From: Rhodobacterales bacterium
GTDB lineage: Bacteria; Pseudomonadota; Alphaproteobacteria; Rhodobacterales; Rhodobacteraceae
Length of the DNA stretch: 32,864 nt
Reading direction: 5' to 3'
NCBI GenBank assembly: GCA_009992615.1
Contig: JAACVA010000186.1
Location: 1 to 32,864 of the forward strand
This document shows, piece after piece, positions 16,771 to 25,908 of this stretch; position 1 is the first letter of the stretch, and every line of letters begins with the position of its first letter. Made by a program: the position numbers and the translations under genes. The notes under the pieces are model-generated. The model ran no database searches, was not told the DNA's origin, and was given only the letters and a program-made list of their open reading frames with translations.

Positions 16771-18447
16771 TCAGCGTGGTTCGTTCATCAACCCGCGCAC
16801 GACGGCATAGCAGGCTCCCAGCAGCACCAGAGTGAAAGGCAGCCCGGTCGAAACCGCCATCGCCTGCAACGCCGCCAGGCCGCCGCCCAGCAACAGCGCA
16901 ATGGCGACGGCACCCTCGAAGCTGGCCCAGAAAATCCGCTGGATCACTGGCGCATTGGTCTTGCCGCCCGCCGCGATCGTGTCGATCACCAGCGACCCCG
17001 AGTCAGACGAGGTGACGAAAAACACCACCACAAGCACGATCCCGACAAATGAGGTGATCGCCGTCAACGGCAGCTGCGTCAGCATCTGGAACAGTTTCAG
17101 TTCCAGCGCCGCATCCTGAACGGCGGTATAACCGTCATTCACAACCTGCCCGATTGCCGTGCCGCCCATGGCCGTCATCCACAGCACCGACAGCAGGGTC
17201 GGCACGATCAGAACGGCAATCAGGAATTCGCGCACCGTGCGGCCCCGGCTGACCCGCGCGATGAACATGCCCACGAAGGGCGACCAGCTGATCCACCAGG
17301 CCCAGTAGAACGCTGTCCAGCCTTGGGCAAAGTTCGCATCCTCGCGCCCGAAGGGCATCGACAGCGCCGGCAGGTTCTTGCCATAGGCCAGCAGATTGTC
17401 GAAGAACCCGGTGATGATGGCCATCGTTGGCCCGACGATGATGACGAACAAAAGCAACAGCGCCGCAAGACCCATGTTGATTTCCGACAGCACCTTCACG
17501 CCGCCTTCAAGGCCACGGATCACCGATCCGATGGCGATCAGCGTGATCCCGATGATCAGCAGGATCAGCATCGAATTTCCGGTGCCCAGCCCGAACAGGA
17601 AATTCAGCCCCGCAGCGGCCTGTTGTGCCCCGATCCCCAGCGACGTTGCCAGCCCGAACACCGTGGCGAACACCGCCAGAATATCAATGACATGACCCGG
17701 CCAGCCCCAGACGCGTTCACCGAAAATCGGATAGAACGCCGAGCGCAGGGTCAGTGGCAAACCCTTGTTATAGCTGAACAACGCCAGCGCAAGTGCGACA
17801 ACGGCATAGATCGCCCAAGGATGCAGTCCCCAGTGAAAAATGGTTGCCGCCATGCCAAGGCGCCGCGCTTCAACGGCATTTCCCTCGGCCCCGCCCAGCG
17901 GTGCCCAATCCGTGCGCAGACCATCCTCGCCAACCGAAATACCCGCAAAGGACGTCGAATAATGCGACATCGGCTCGGACACTCCGAAAAACATCAGGCC
18001 AATCCCCATACCGGCGGCAAACAACATCGAAAACCAACCGACATAGCCAAAATCGGCGGTGGCCTCGGGCCCGCCCAGCCGGACTTTGCCCAAGGGCGAA
18101 ACGATCAGACCAAGGCAGACGATCACGAAGATGTTGCCGGACAACAGGAAAAACCAGTCCAACCGCCCGGTCAGCCAGTCGCGCAAACCGACGAACAGCG
18201 GTTCGGCGTCATTCTGAAACGCCAGCGTCAGAAAGGTGAACAGCATGATCCCGATCGCAGAAACCGAGAACACCACCTTGTGGATGTCCAGTTCCAACGC
18301 GACGCTGCCGCTGAAATTGTCCTGGCCGATGTCATACCCGGTTTCGATGATTTCGGTCCTGCCCTCGGGTTCAGGGACAGGCTCACTCCCGGTGGTGGCG
18401 TTGGCGTCCGGCTCATCCATGCTCGAATCCTGTCGTTCTTCGCTCAT
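16771..18447 (-). CDS. BCCT family (betaine/choline/carnitine) transporter
   Basis: WFSMLFAAGMGIGLMF, FHWGLHPWAIY, WTAFYWAWWISWSPFVGMFIARVSRGRT and FFVTSSDSG; GAGG RBS. Confidence 0.95.
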   Translation of the reverse strand: MSEERQDSSMDEPDANATTGSEPVPEPEGRTEIIETGYDIGQDNFSGSVALELDIHKVVFSVSAIGIMLFTFLTLAFQNDAEPLFVGLRDWLTGRLDWFFLLSGNIFVIVCLGLIVSPLGKVRLGGPEATADFGYVGWFSMLFAAGMGIGLMFFGVSEPMSHYSTSFAGISVGEDGLRTDWAPLGGAEGNAVEARRLGMAATIFHWGLHPWAIYAVVALALALFSYNKGLPLTLRSAFYPIFGERVWGWPGHVIDILAVFATVFGLATSLGIGAQQAAAGLNFLFGLGTGNSMLILLIIGITLIAIGSVIRGLEGGVKVLSEINMGLAALLLLFVIIVGPTMAIITGFFDNLLAYGKNLPALSMPFGREDANFAQGWTAFYWAWWISWSPFVGMFIARVSRGRTVREFLIAVLIVPTLLSVLWMTAMGGTAIGQVVNDGYTAVQDAALELKLFQMLTQLPLTAITSFVGIVLVVVFFVTSSDSGSLVIDTIAAGGKTNAPVIQRIFWASFEGAVAIALLLGGGLAALQAMAVSTGLPFTLVLLGACYAVVRGLMNEPR

Positions 18448-18881
18448 TCAGCATTTCCTCTTGGGTTTTGTTTGTTTGCTCGCAATCACCCCGGCTTACT
18501 GCCAAGGCAGGCGTGCGATCTGCCATGGTTTCGGGTTTTGGCGCTGGTGCCACACAGCCAAATGTTCAGTCGGGCCGCGCGGTGATCACCGGTCAAAACG
18601 GTGTTGTCCTTGAACATGATCGCTTTTTCGTCTTACGGTCTTAGGGATCGTTTGACGGCATCAGTGCCGAAAGGATGCGCCCGACTGAACATCAGCCCTG
18701 TGGCGCAGCGCGTCATAAGCGTTTTTCCGAAGAAATTCCACAGTGTCGTCGATATGACGATTATGGTGTTTCCGGCAAACTTTCAATCCAGGGACGGAAA
18801 AAAGTTGGCAACGGTGTCTGACGGTGGATCTTTCCAAGGCTTCCACCGGGCACTCTCGGCCCCGAACAAAGGAAAAGCACC

Positions 18882-19679
18882 GTGTCAAAAGAACGCCACA
18901 CAGGCCAGGTCAATTCTCTGCGCACCCGCCTCGACAGGCTGTATCACGGGGGTTCGAAGGCTGCCTTGCGATTTCGGCTTGGGCTGCTGTCGGTCGATCT
19001 GATCGTCATCGCCAGCTATGTCGTGACCAGCGTGCTGGGACTGCCCAATGGTTTGCCTGCGCTGGAACTGCTGTTCGCGACGATCCTTCTGGCAGATCTG
19101 TCTGCGCGCTGGCTCATCTCGTCCAGCAGCCGTGACTTTCTGATCCGCACGCCGCTCAACTTGGTGGACATCATCGTGATCCTCAGCCTGATCGCGCCGT
19201 TGATCTTTGGTGAATTCGCTTTCCTGCGGGTGTTGCGCGCCCTGCGCGTCGCGCGATCCTATCGGGTCCTACAGGAACTGCGCGAAGACAGCCGTTTTTT
19301 CAGACGCAACGAAAATGTCATCCAGCGCACGGTGAACCTCGGAGTCTTCATATTTATCGTTTCGGGGGCGGTTCATGCCCTGCAAAAGGACATCAACCCA
19401 AACATCGCCACATGGCTTGATGCGTTGTATTTTACAATGACGGCGCTGACCACGACCGGATTTGGCGACATCGTGTTGGTCGGCACGATCGGGCGGTGGC
19501 TGTCGATCGCCATCCTGATTGTCGGGGTCGGGCTGTTCCTGCATCTGCTGCAATCGGTTTTCCAACCCCGAAAGGTGCGGCAGAAATGCAAGAATTGCGG
19601 CCTTCTGTTGCATGATGCGGATGCGGTTCATTGCAAGCATTGCGGCGCCGAAATGAACATCGAAACCGAGGGCGGCTGA
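18882..19679 (+). CDS. 6-TM potassium channel family protein with C-terminal Zn ribbon
   Basis: S4-like LRVLRALRVARSYR, filter TTTGFGD, C-terminal CKNC...CKHCG; AAGGA before GTG. Confidence 0.9.
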   Translation: MSKERHTGQVNSLRTRLDRLYHGGSKAALRFRLGLLSVDLIVIASYVVTSVLGLPNGLPALELLFATILLADLSARWLISSSSRDFLIRTPLNLVDIIVILSLIAPLIFGEFAFLRVLRALRVARSYRVLQELREDSRFFRRNENVIQRTVNLGVFIFIVSGAVHALQKDINPNIATWLDALYFTMTALTTTGFGDIVLVGTIGRWLSIAILIVGVGLFLHLLQSVFQPRKVRQKCKNCGLLLHDADAVHCKHCGAEMNIETEGG

Positions 19680-19704
19680 AACGGCAGGCCCATGGTTGGC
19701 CGCA

Positions 19705-21006
19705 TCAGCGTCTCTGCACCTCGTGCAGGCGACAGGCCAGAAACGCCCCGAAAGCAGCCAAGACCGCGAAACACAGCAGAACGGGTGCCGGGCCAAACCG
19801 GTCTGCTGCCCAGCCGAACAGCCCCCCCACCAGAAGCACGGCACCGATCAGCGTGTTGGACACCGCCGTGTACCGCGCCCGGAATGAATCTTCGGCCATG
19901 TCGGTCAGGTGCAGCTTGCGGCCCGCACGCACCCCCTCATAGGCGATCTGCGCGGCAAAGATCGCCGCGGCGGCCCCCGGCGACCCGCCAAGCCCGCCCA
20001 AGATCAGGCCAGCACCGCCCACAACCGCAAACACCAGCGCCCCCAGCGCGCCCGCCAAGATCAACGTCTGGCGGCTGGAGTGGTCGGAAAACCGCCCCCA
20101 GACATAAGAGGCCAGCACCGATCCGGCGGTCGATGCCATGACCAACGGGCCAAGCTCGTTCAGGGCGCTGCGCCCCGACGCGGCCGACAGCATCACGATG
20201 AACGGCGGCGCAAGGGCCGTTACCGCAAGCGCGGCGCGGGCGGCCACGAACACGCGCAACTGTGGGTCATCGAGGATTGGCCGGATCAACGCTGCAATAG
20301 AACCGTCATCCTGTTCGCTGTCCGGTGCGCTTTCGGGTTCTTGCAGCGCCAGAAAGACAGCCGACGCAATCAGAAAGGCGACACCGGCAATCGCGATGAT
20401 CGCGGCCAAAGGGGCGATTGCAACGTCAAACAGACCCGACGCCATCAACAGCCCCACGCCAAAGACCGAAACAGAGGCCACCGATGCCGCAAGGCCGGTG
20501 ATCGCACCGCGCCGCCGCTTGGTGATGGTGCGCGCCAAGGCGTCCTTGTAACTGACCGAAGCGGCAGACCGCGCCACCGCCAGCACAGCCAGACAGGCGA
20601 CGATCACACCACCCGCCAACGCCCCGTCAAACAGCAGCGCCGCCGCCGCGATGCCAAGGGCGGCCAGCCCCTGTATCGCGCTGCCCACGGCCCAGAACCG
20701 CTTGCGCTGCGGGCTGGCCTCGACCCGGCGGGCAAGGGCCAGTTGCGGCAACAGCGCGCCGGCCTCGCGCACCGGCACAAGCACCCCGATGAGAGCCCCC
20801 GGCGCCCCCAGCGCCGTCATCAGCCAGGACAGCACCAGCTTGGGGTCGATCAGCGCATCCGCCGTCTTGGTCAGCATCAAGGATGCAATATGGATCAGCC
20901 CGTTGCGTGCTTCGCCCGGGCGGACCTCGTCGCGCTTGGTGCCGGTAATCCGGGCGAACAGGGCCGTCAGGCCATCGGTCGCTGCGGCCCTGTCTGGCGT
21001 CGTCAT
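19705..21006 (-). CDS. MFS transporter
   Basis: Many hydrophobic segments; TKTADALIDPKLVLSW, VPVREAGALLPQL, WGRFSDHSSR and RARYTAVSNT; start 21006 after GGATAGG. Confidence 0.85.
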   Translation of the reverse strand: MTTPDRAAATDGLTALFARITGTKRDEVRPGEARNGLIHIASLMLTKTADALIDPKLVLSWLMTALGAPGALIGVLVPVREAGALLPQLALARRVEASPQRKRFWAVGSAIQGLAALGIAAAALLFDGALAGGVIVACLAVLAVARSAASVSYKDALARTITKRRRGAITGLAASVASVSVFGVGLLMASGLFDVAIAPLAAIIAIAGVAFLIASAVFLALQEPESAPDSEQDDGSIAALIRPILDDPQLRVFVAARAALAVTALAPPFIVMLSAASGRSALNELGPLVMASTAGSVLASYVWGRFSDHSSRQTLILAGALGALVFAVVGGAGLILGGLGGSPGAAAAIFAAQIAYEGVRAGRKLHLTDMAEDSFRARYTAVSNTLIGAVLLVGGLFGWAADRFGPAPVLLCFAVLAAFGAFLACRLHEVQRR

Positions 21007-21019
21007 TGGCAAGATCCGC

Positions 21020-21238
21020 CTATCCGACCCGCGCCTGTGCGCGCTTGACAGCCTCCGGGATGTCATTCCGGGCCTTGTCGAAAGCGGCCTGCAGGTCATT
21101 CCATGCAATATCGCTGGCCGCGCGCGTTTCCTTGGGCCTGGTCTCGGCCGCGTCACGCTCGCCGTGCAACACTTGAAACCGCCTGTCACACGCGGTCTTT
21201 GAACCGGCCTTTTCGATGCACAGGTTTTGGTCCGACAT
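21020..21238 (-). pseudogene. Short or eroded coiled-coil stress protein (Sll1863-like), possibly internally deleted
   Basis: GAAGGAG RBS; C-terminal RDAAE...RAASD.AWNDLQAAFDKA.NDI.EA.KRA resembles that family; 72 aa is shorter than I recall for it, and the helices carry Pro/Cys substitutions. Confidence 0.5.
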
Positions 21239-21612
21239 TGCGGTAGCTCCTTCAAGGGGTGTTGCCCCAGATTTACGATCTGGCCAGCAGTGACAGATTG
21301 TGCCAAGGGGGATAGGCCATACAACCTTGTGACTGACCATTCGTTGCCCGCACAAAAGAAACCCCGCCATGCCGCAAGTCAACCAACTGGCTCAGCCAAT
21401 CGTCGATCTTCCGCATGAAAACCGCCTGTGCCGGGGTATCGCTTGGGCAGATCTGAAGGCGCGATCGGGGCGTGCGGCGTTTCCCGAGGGTGACAATATG
21501 TTTAACTGTGGGCGAGCGCAGCTGCCCGCAGATTGGTTTCTGACCGAAAGAGACCAGCCATGACGGGCAAAACCGAACGCCGGTCGGACCCGTCACAAAG
21601 GTTTGAGTCACA

Positions 21613-22851
21613 ATGATCACGCGTCCCATATGGTATCTGCGCGAAATTCTGAAAAAGGTCTGGGCCCGCGTTATTGCCTTTGCGCTGTTGGCGGTGTTCG
21701 CGTCGGGCCTTGCGCGGGTGCTGGCGCCCATCATCCCCGACGATTTCGCGATGAGCGCCGGTGCGGGCGCAGTCGAAAGCCTTCTTGGCGTGCTGACCTC
21801 TTCGATGCTGGCGGTGACGACCTTTTCCTTGTCGATCGCCGTGTCTGCCTTTGCGGCCGCAGCGGGATCCGCCACACCGCGGGCCACCATCCTGTTGCAG
21901 GAAGACAATACGACCCAGAATGTTCTTGCCACCTTCCTCGGCGCCTTCCTGTTCGGTCTCGTCGGGCTGATCGCGATCAAGGCCCAGCTTTATGGCGCCT
22001 CTGGCCGGGTCATCCTGTTTTTCTTCACCATCGCGGTGATTGGGCTGGTCGTGGTGGCGCTGATCCGCTGGATCGGCCACCTGATGCAATTCGGGCGGAT
22101 GGATGACATACTTGACAGGGTCGAAAAAGCCGCCAGCCGGGCGCTGGGCCGCCGTTTGGAAAATCCATGGCTGGGCGGCAACATGCTGATCGGGACGATC
22201 CCGGCACATGCCACCCCGATTGTCGCCAACGAAACCGGGTATGTTCAGCATATTGACATGCAGGCGCTTCAGGACTGCGCCGAAGATGCCGGTTCACGGA
22301 TCTTTCTGCATTGCCTGCCGGGCAGATTTGTCGCGCCGGAACAACCGCTGCTGTATGTCGATCCTCCCCCGGCTTCGGAAGACGCGTCAAAGGCGATCCG
22401 CCGCGCCGTCGTGATCGGAACCCGACGTACGTTCGAGGGCGACCCCAGGTTCGGCCTGATTGTCCTGAGCGAGATCGCGTCGCGGGCGCTGTCGCCTGCG
22501 GTGAATGATCCGGGCACCGCCATCGACATTCTTGGCCGGCATGTGCGCATCCTGTCGCAATGGCGGTCCGACAGCGATGTCGAGGTCGAGTTCAGCCGCA
22601 TCTTCGTGCCTGCGATCGCTTTGCAAGACCTGATGGAAGACGCATTCAGGCCGATCTCCCGCGATGGCGCAGCGCTGTCCGAGGTTCAGATCCGGTTGCA
22701 GAAGGGGCTTGCCTCGCTTTGCCTTGCCGCGCCGGATGTTTTTGCAGCCCCCTGCGACCAGATGGCGCGCGAAGCATTGCAACGCGCCGAGGGGGCGGCG
22801 CTGTTGCCCGCCGAACTGGCCAGGATCAGGGCCTCCGCGCCGCTGCGGTAA
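21613..22851 (+). CDS. DUF2254 family membrane protein
   Basis: SSMLAVTTFSLSI, ATPRA, GYVQHID, DPRFGLIVLSEIASRALSPAVNDPGTA and FRPISRDGA. Confidence 0.9.
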   Translation: MITRPIWYLREILKKVWARVIAFALLAVFASGLARVLAPIIPDDFAMSAGAGAVESLLGVLTSSMLAVTTFSLSIAVSAFAAAAGSATPRATILLQEDNTTQNVLATFLGAFLFGLVGLIAIKAQLYGASGRVILFFFTIAVIGLVVVALIRWIGHLMQFGRMDDILDRVEKAASRALGRRLENPWLGGNMLIGTIPAHATPIVANETGYVQHIDMQALQDCAEDAGSRIFLHCLPGRFVAPEQPLLYVDPPPASEDASKAIRRAVVIGTRRTFEGDPRFGLIVLSEIASRALSPAVNDPGTAIDILGRHVRILSQWRSDSDVEVEFSRIFVPAIALQDLMEDAFRPISRDGAALSEVQIRLQKGLASLCLAAPDVFAAPCDQMAREALQRAEGAALLPAELARIRASAPLR

Positions 22852-22981
22852 GACCCGCGAGCGAACCTGCGTCAGCCAGCCCCGGCTTGTTCTTGGGACC
22901 CGTGTGGTTGATCCGGCACACACCGGGTTTGTGGGGCAAAATGCACTGCTCGGCCCAAGGCGCCACGCAAACGACCGACAG

Positions 22982-23012
22982 AAAAACGGGCAGGCTTGTG
23001 GCCTGCCCGTTT
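22982..23012 (-). terminator. Intrinsic terminator between convergent genes
   Basis: AAACGGGCAGGC-TTGTG-GCCTGCCCGTTT perfect 12-bp stem; U-run on the minus strand. Confidence 0.75.
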
Positions 23013-23036
23013 CAGATAGGCCCGGCGGATGATCTG

Positions 23037-23597
23037 TCAGCCGGCCTTTTGCGCCGCATTGCGGCCCAACAGCGCCAGCACCACCATCACGACACTGACC
23101 ACGACAATGACGCCGATCGTCAGGTTGGGCACATAGAAGGTGGAGTAGATCTCCCAACCCAACAGGCGCAGCACCTGACCCACCTCGGTATAGTTGCCCA
23201 CAAGGTGGCCGCCAAGCGTGCCGGTGATGCCGACAAAGATCACCCCGACCCCGGCCAAACCAACCATGACCAGACGGTTCAACCCCTGCCAGATCACGGT
23301 GCCATGGCGCAGACGCAGCACCGTCAGCAGCGCAAAATAGGCCAATGACCAACTGGCCAACAGCATGTGGTTGCGCCCCATCGGGGTGGAACTCAGCGTT
23401 GACCAGGGCCAGACATTCAGCCCCAGCACCCAGGCCAGGGCGCCAAAGACGACCCCCGCCACAAGCAATGTCGGCAGGGCCCGGTCAAAGGTCTGTCCAA
23501 CCGCGCCGTCAGACACCGCGCGGATAAAGATCGCCAATCCGGCCACAAGCCAAAGCGCAATCGGAAAGTGAACCATTACAACGTGATAAGCGGCCAT
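23037..23597 (-). CDS. DUF2231-like His-containing integral membrane protein (possible b-type cytochrome)
   Basis: YHVVMVHFPIAL start, NHMLLA and TGTLGGHLV; about 5 TM segments; AAGGAG RBS; 4 nt after the upstream stop. Confidence 0.7.
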   Translation of the reverse strand: MAAYHVVMVHFPIALWLVAGLAIFIRAVSDGAVGQTFDRALPTLLVAGVVFGALAWVLGLNVWPWSTLSSTPMGRNHMLLASWSLAYFALLTVLRLRHGTVIWQGLNRLVMVGLAGVGVIFVGITGTLGGHLVGNYTEVGQVLRLLGWEIYSTFYVPNLTIGVIVVVSVVMVVLALLGRNAAQKAG

Positions 23598-23601
23598 TGG
23601 A

Positions 23602-24969
23602 TCAGGCTCCTTTGCGGTTTTTGAGGGTAACGTCAAGCGCGACACCAAAGGCGGCAATCAACAGGACACCCGCCAGAAGGGTGAAAAGCCATTGGCGTTT
23701 GATCTGCGGTTTGAACTCTTGCTCGATCCCGTAATTCGCCAGTTGCTCGGGCGAATGGCGATAGGCCACGGGCACGCCCTTGGCAATGTATTCGGCCCCG
23801 GCATGGGCCCTGGCGTTGTTCAGCATCGGCCATGTCACCTGTCCCGGATAGAACAATGTGACATCGGTCCAGCTGTCACCCCAGGTTGGTGTGCCACCCT
23901 GAAAGCGTGTGGCGGTCACGTCACCGGGGCGACCCAACCCGAGGGTGGCCGGTAAAGAGACATAGTGCCAGCGCCCGCCAGTGGCATTGCGGTGAATTGC
24001 AAATGCCATCTGATAGGCCCCCTGATCCTTCAGGATCTTGTCGTCAGCCGGGTTGCCGGTATCCAGCGCCCGCGACAGAGTCACGTCCCAATACCCATCG
24101 GTCCAACGACCCGCACCAACCACACCGATATTGCCGCGCGACCCTTCAGGTGGCGTCAAGATGCGGCGCGGAATGACATCGCCATTCTGCCAACCCGCGT
24201 TCGGATCGAACGGCACCGTCACAGCCGGGATCAAGGCATAGGTGTCATCCTGGGTGACCGTCCCCGCCTGGATGTCAGCCCATTTCAGGGTGCCGTGGCC
24301 CGAGGTGAACATCATCTTGGGCTGGTTCAGGTCCTTGTCCCAGTTGGTGCCATAGGTGCCTTTGCCCGCGTCACCGCCGCGCTTGGACCCGACATATTGA
24401 TCGTCAGCCGCGCCCAAAGGGTTCGACCGACCACCTCTCCAATGCCACAGATCCAGGAAATAACCCGCCTCGCGCTGTGCCGCCAGCTTGGCATCATCGG
24501 CCATATCATCCCACGCGCCCAGCCGATTGCGGGTTTGCGGCAGATATTTGGTCACTTCTTCAGGTGCCTCGTCGGTCAGACCGGCCAGACCAGCCCCAAT
24601 GGCGACATAACCACCATAGCGGCCAAACTCAGGCACGCTGCCATCGTCCAGCATCATCGCGACGCGATCTTCGTGCAGACCATCGGCCTGCGGTCCGGGA
24701 ACAGCCTTGCCTTCGACGATCCATTCCCCATCCTGATATCGCAAGATGTCGTGGAAGAACCCCGGCTTTTCAGCAGGCCAGCGATAGCGGAAAAACATCG
24801 TGCTGTCGTTATAGGCCGCCTGTACCTGCAAGGGCACGGTCAGATCGGCGGGGATGGCGATGTTGCGCGCCGGATCGTCGCGCACGACGCCGGTCCCGTG
24901 TGTCAGCCAAGCGAATAAAAGCGCCCCGCCGAACAGGGCCAGTATTAATAGTGATTTTGCAGACCGCAT
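23602..24969 (-). CDS. Ethylbenzene dehydrogenase gamma-like (EB_dh/DOMON heme-b) periplasmic protein with N- and C-terminal hydrophobic anchors
   Basis: VQAAYND..MFFRYRW, HEDRVAMM, LDLWHWR..RSNP, WTDGYWDVTLSRALDTG..DD and MAFAIH; GAAAGGA RBS. Confidence 0.75.
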   Translation of the reverse strand: MRSAKSLLILALFGGALLFAWLTHGTGVVRDDPARNIAIPADLTVPLQVQAAYNDSTMFFRYRWPAEKPGFFHDILRYQDGEWIVEGKAVPGPQADGLHEDRVAMMLDDGSVPEFGRYGGYVAIGAGLAGLTDEAPEEVTKYLPQTRNRLGAWDDMADDAKLAAQREAGYFLDLWHWRGGRSNPLGAADDQYVGSKRGGDAGKGTYGTNWDKDLNQPKMMFTSGHGTLKWADIQAGTVTQDDTYALIPAVTVPFDPNAGWQNGDVIPRRILTPPEGSRGNIGVVGAGRWTDGYWDVTLSRALDTGNPADDKILKDQGAYQMAFAIHRNATGGRWHYVSLPATLGLGRPGDVTATRFQGGTPTWGDSWTDVTLFYPGQVTWPMLNNARAHAGAEYIAKGVPVAYRHSPEQLANYGIEQEFKPQIKRQWLFTLLAGVLLIAAFGVALDVTLKNRKGA

Positions 24970-25108
24970 TATGCGCGTCCTTTCATGATTGCTGCCATTC
25001 ACGGCGCAATGGCGAAGACGACTCGGGGGCAACCATGTGGATGTCTCGGAGATGTCAGGGACATCGAACCGCGCTTCTTGGTATAGCCATCAGTCACCAG
25101 CGGCTCTC

Positions 25109-25122
25109 ATGATCTGGATCAA
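25109..25122 (-). promoter_or_regulatory. FNR/FnrL-type box upstream of the EB_dh-like gene
   Basis: Minus strand TTGAT-CCAG-ATCAT, 9/10 match to TTGAT-N4-ATCAA, about 140 nt upstream of the ATG. Confidence 0.6.
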
Positions 25123-25244
25123 AGAGGGGCAAGAAATACGGTGCAGCGATGCATTTATGGGGCATGGCCGCGTTTTGGAACCTTTAAACCGTTAAACGGT
25201 ACGGCCTGACAACAAGATCGTCAAGACGGGTCCAATGCCCGCCG

Positions 25245-25871
25245 TCATACGTCTGCGGCGGGGGGCGCAACTGCATCGGTGCGGGTGAACACCGCCATTT
25301 GGCTGGCCCCGCCAAACGCTGGATGATGCCCCGCAATATCGTGGAACAGGGCGACATATCCGGCCGCATCGCCCGCCCGCCGGCACCAGCGGCGGAACTT
25401 TGGCCGATCCCACTCGAACCGATGCCCAGGGTGCCGCATCCGATGCGGCGGCACGCCCAGCACCGCGTTGAACTCGGCATTCGGCGTCGTGATCACAATC
25501 TGTCGGGGGCGCAGGGTGCGAAACAGCGCAGACTCAAGCTGTGACAGGCGGGACGGGTCGATGTGTTCGATCGTCTCGACAAGAACCGCACAGTCGAATC
25601 CGGCCAGATCGGGTGTCGGTTCGGTCATCGAGGCTTCGCGCAGCTCGATCGAGGGCACACAGACATCGTACGCAGCCAAGCGGCTGCGCAAACGCGCCAA
25701 TGACGCGCGGCAAATATCCACGCCGACCAAGGCCGCCAAACCGGGCTCACTGGCCAGTCGCACGAACAGATCGCCGTCACCGCACCCGAGGTCAAGCACG
25801 CGGGTTGCCCCGGTTTCCCGCACAACTGATTGAACGGCCTGCAATCGTTCCTCGTGCAGCCAACTTGTCAT
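25245..25871 (-). CDS. Hen1-type RNA 3'-terminal ribose 2'-O-methyltransferase domain, stand-alone
   Basis: LHEERL, VLDLGCGDG, FDCAVLVETIEH, ITTPNAEFN, RHPGHRFEW and SQMAVF reproduce the Hen1 MTase signature; only 208 aa. Confidence 0.85.
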   Translation of the reverse strand: MTSWLHEERLQAVQSVVRETGATRVLDLGCGDGDLFVRLASEPGLAALVGVDICRASLARLRSRLAAYDVCVPSIELREASMTEPTPDLAGFDCAVLVETIEHIDPSRLSQLESALFRTLRPRQIVITTPNAEFNAVLGVPPHRMRHPGHRFEWDRPKFRRWCRRAGDAAGYVALFHDIAGHHPAFGGASQMAVFTRTDAVAPPAADV

Positions 25872-25908
25872 CGGCGCGCGGCGGGGGTTTGTGGTGAGGT
25901 GGCTTGCA

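Noticed and set aside
14642-21048. Long antisense ORFs (463, 420 and 379 aa) over the SLC13, BCCT and MFS genes
   Set aside because: They fully overlap well-supported genes and have the Arg/His/Gln-rich composition of shadow frames
25183-25200. TTAA-ACCG-TTAA and ACCGTT/AACGGT inverted repeat
   Set aside because: Spacing is 4 rather than 7 for CtrA; the short palindrome could be a promoter element but cannot be assigned
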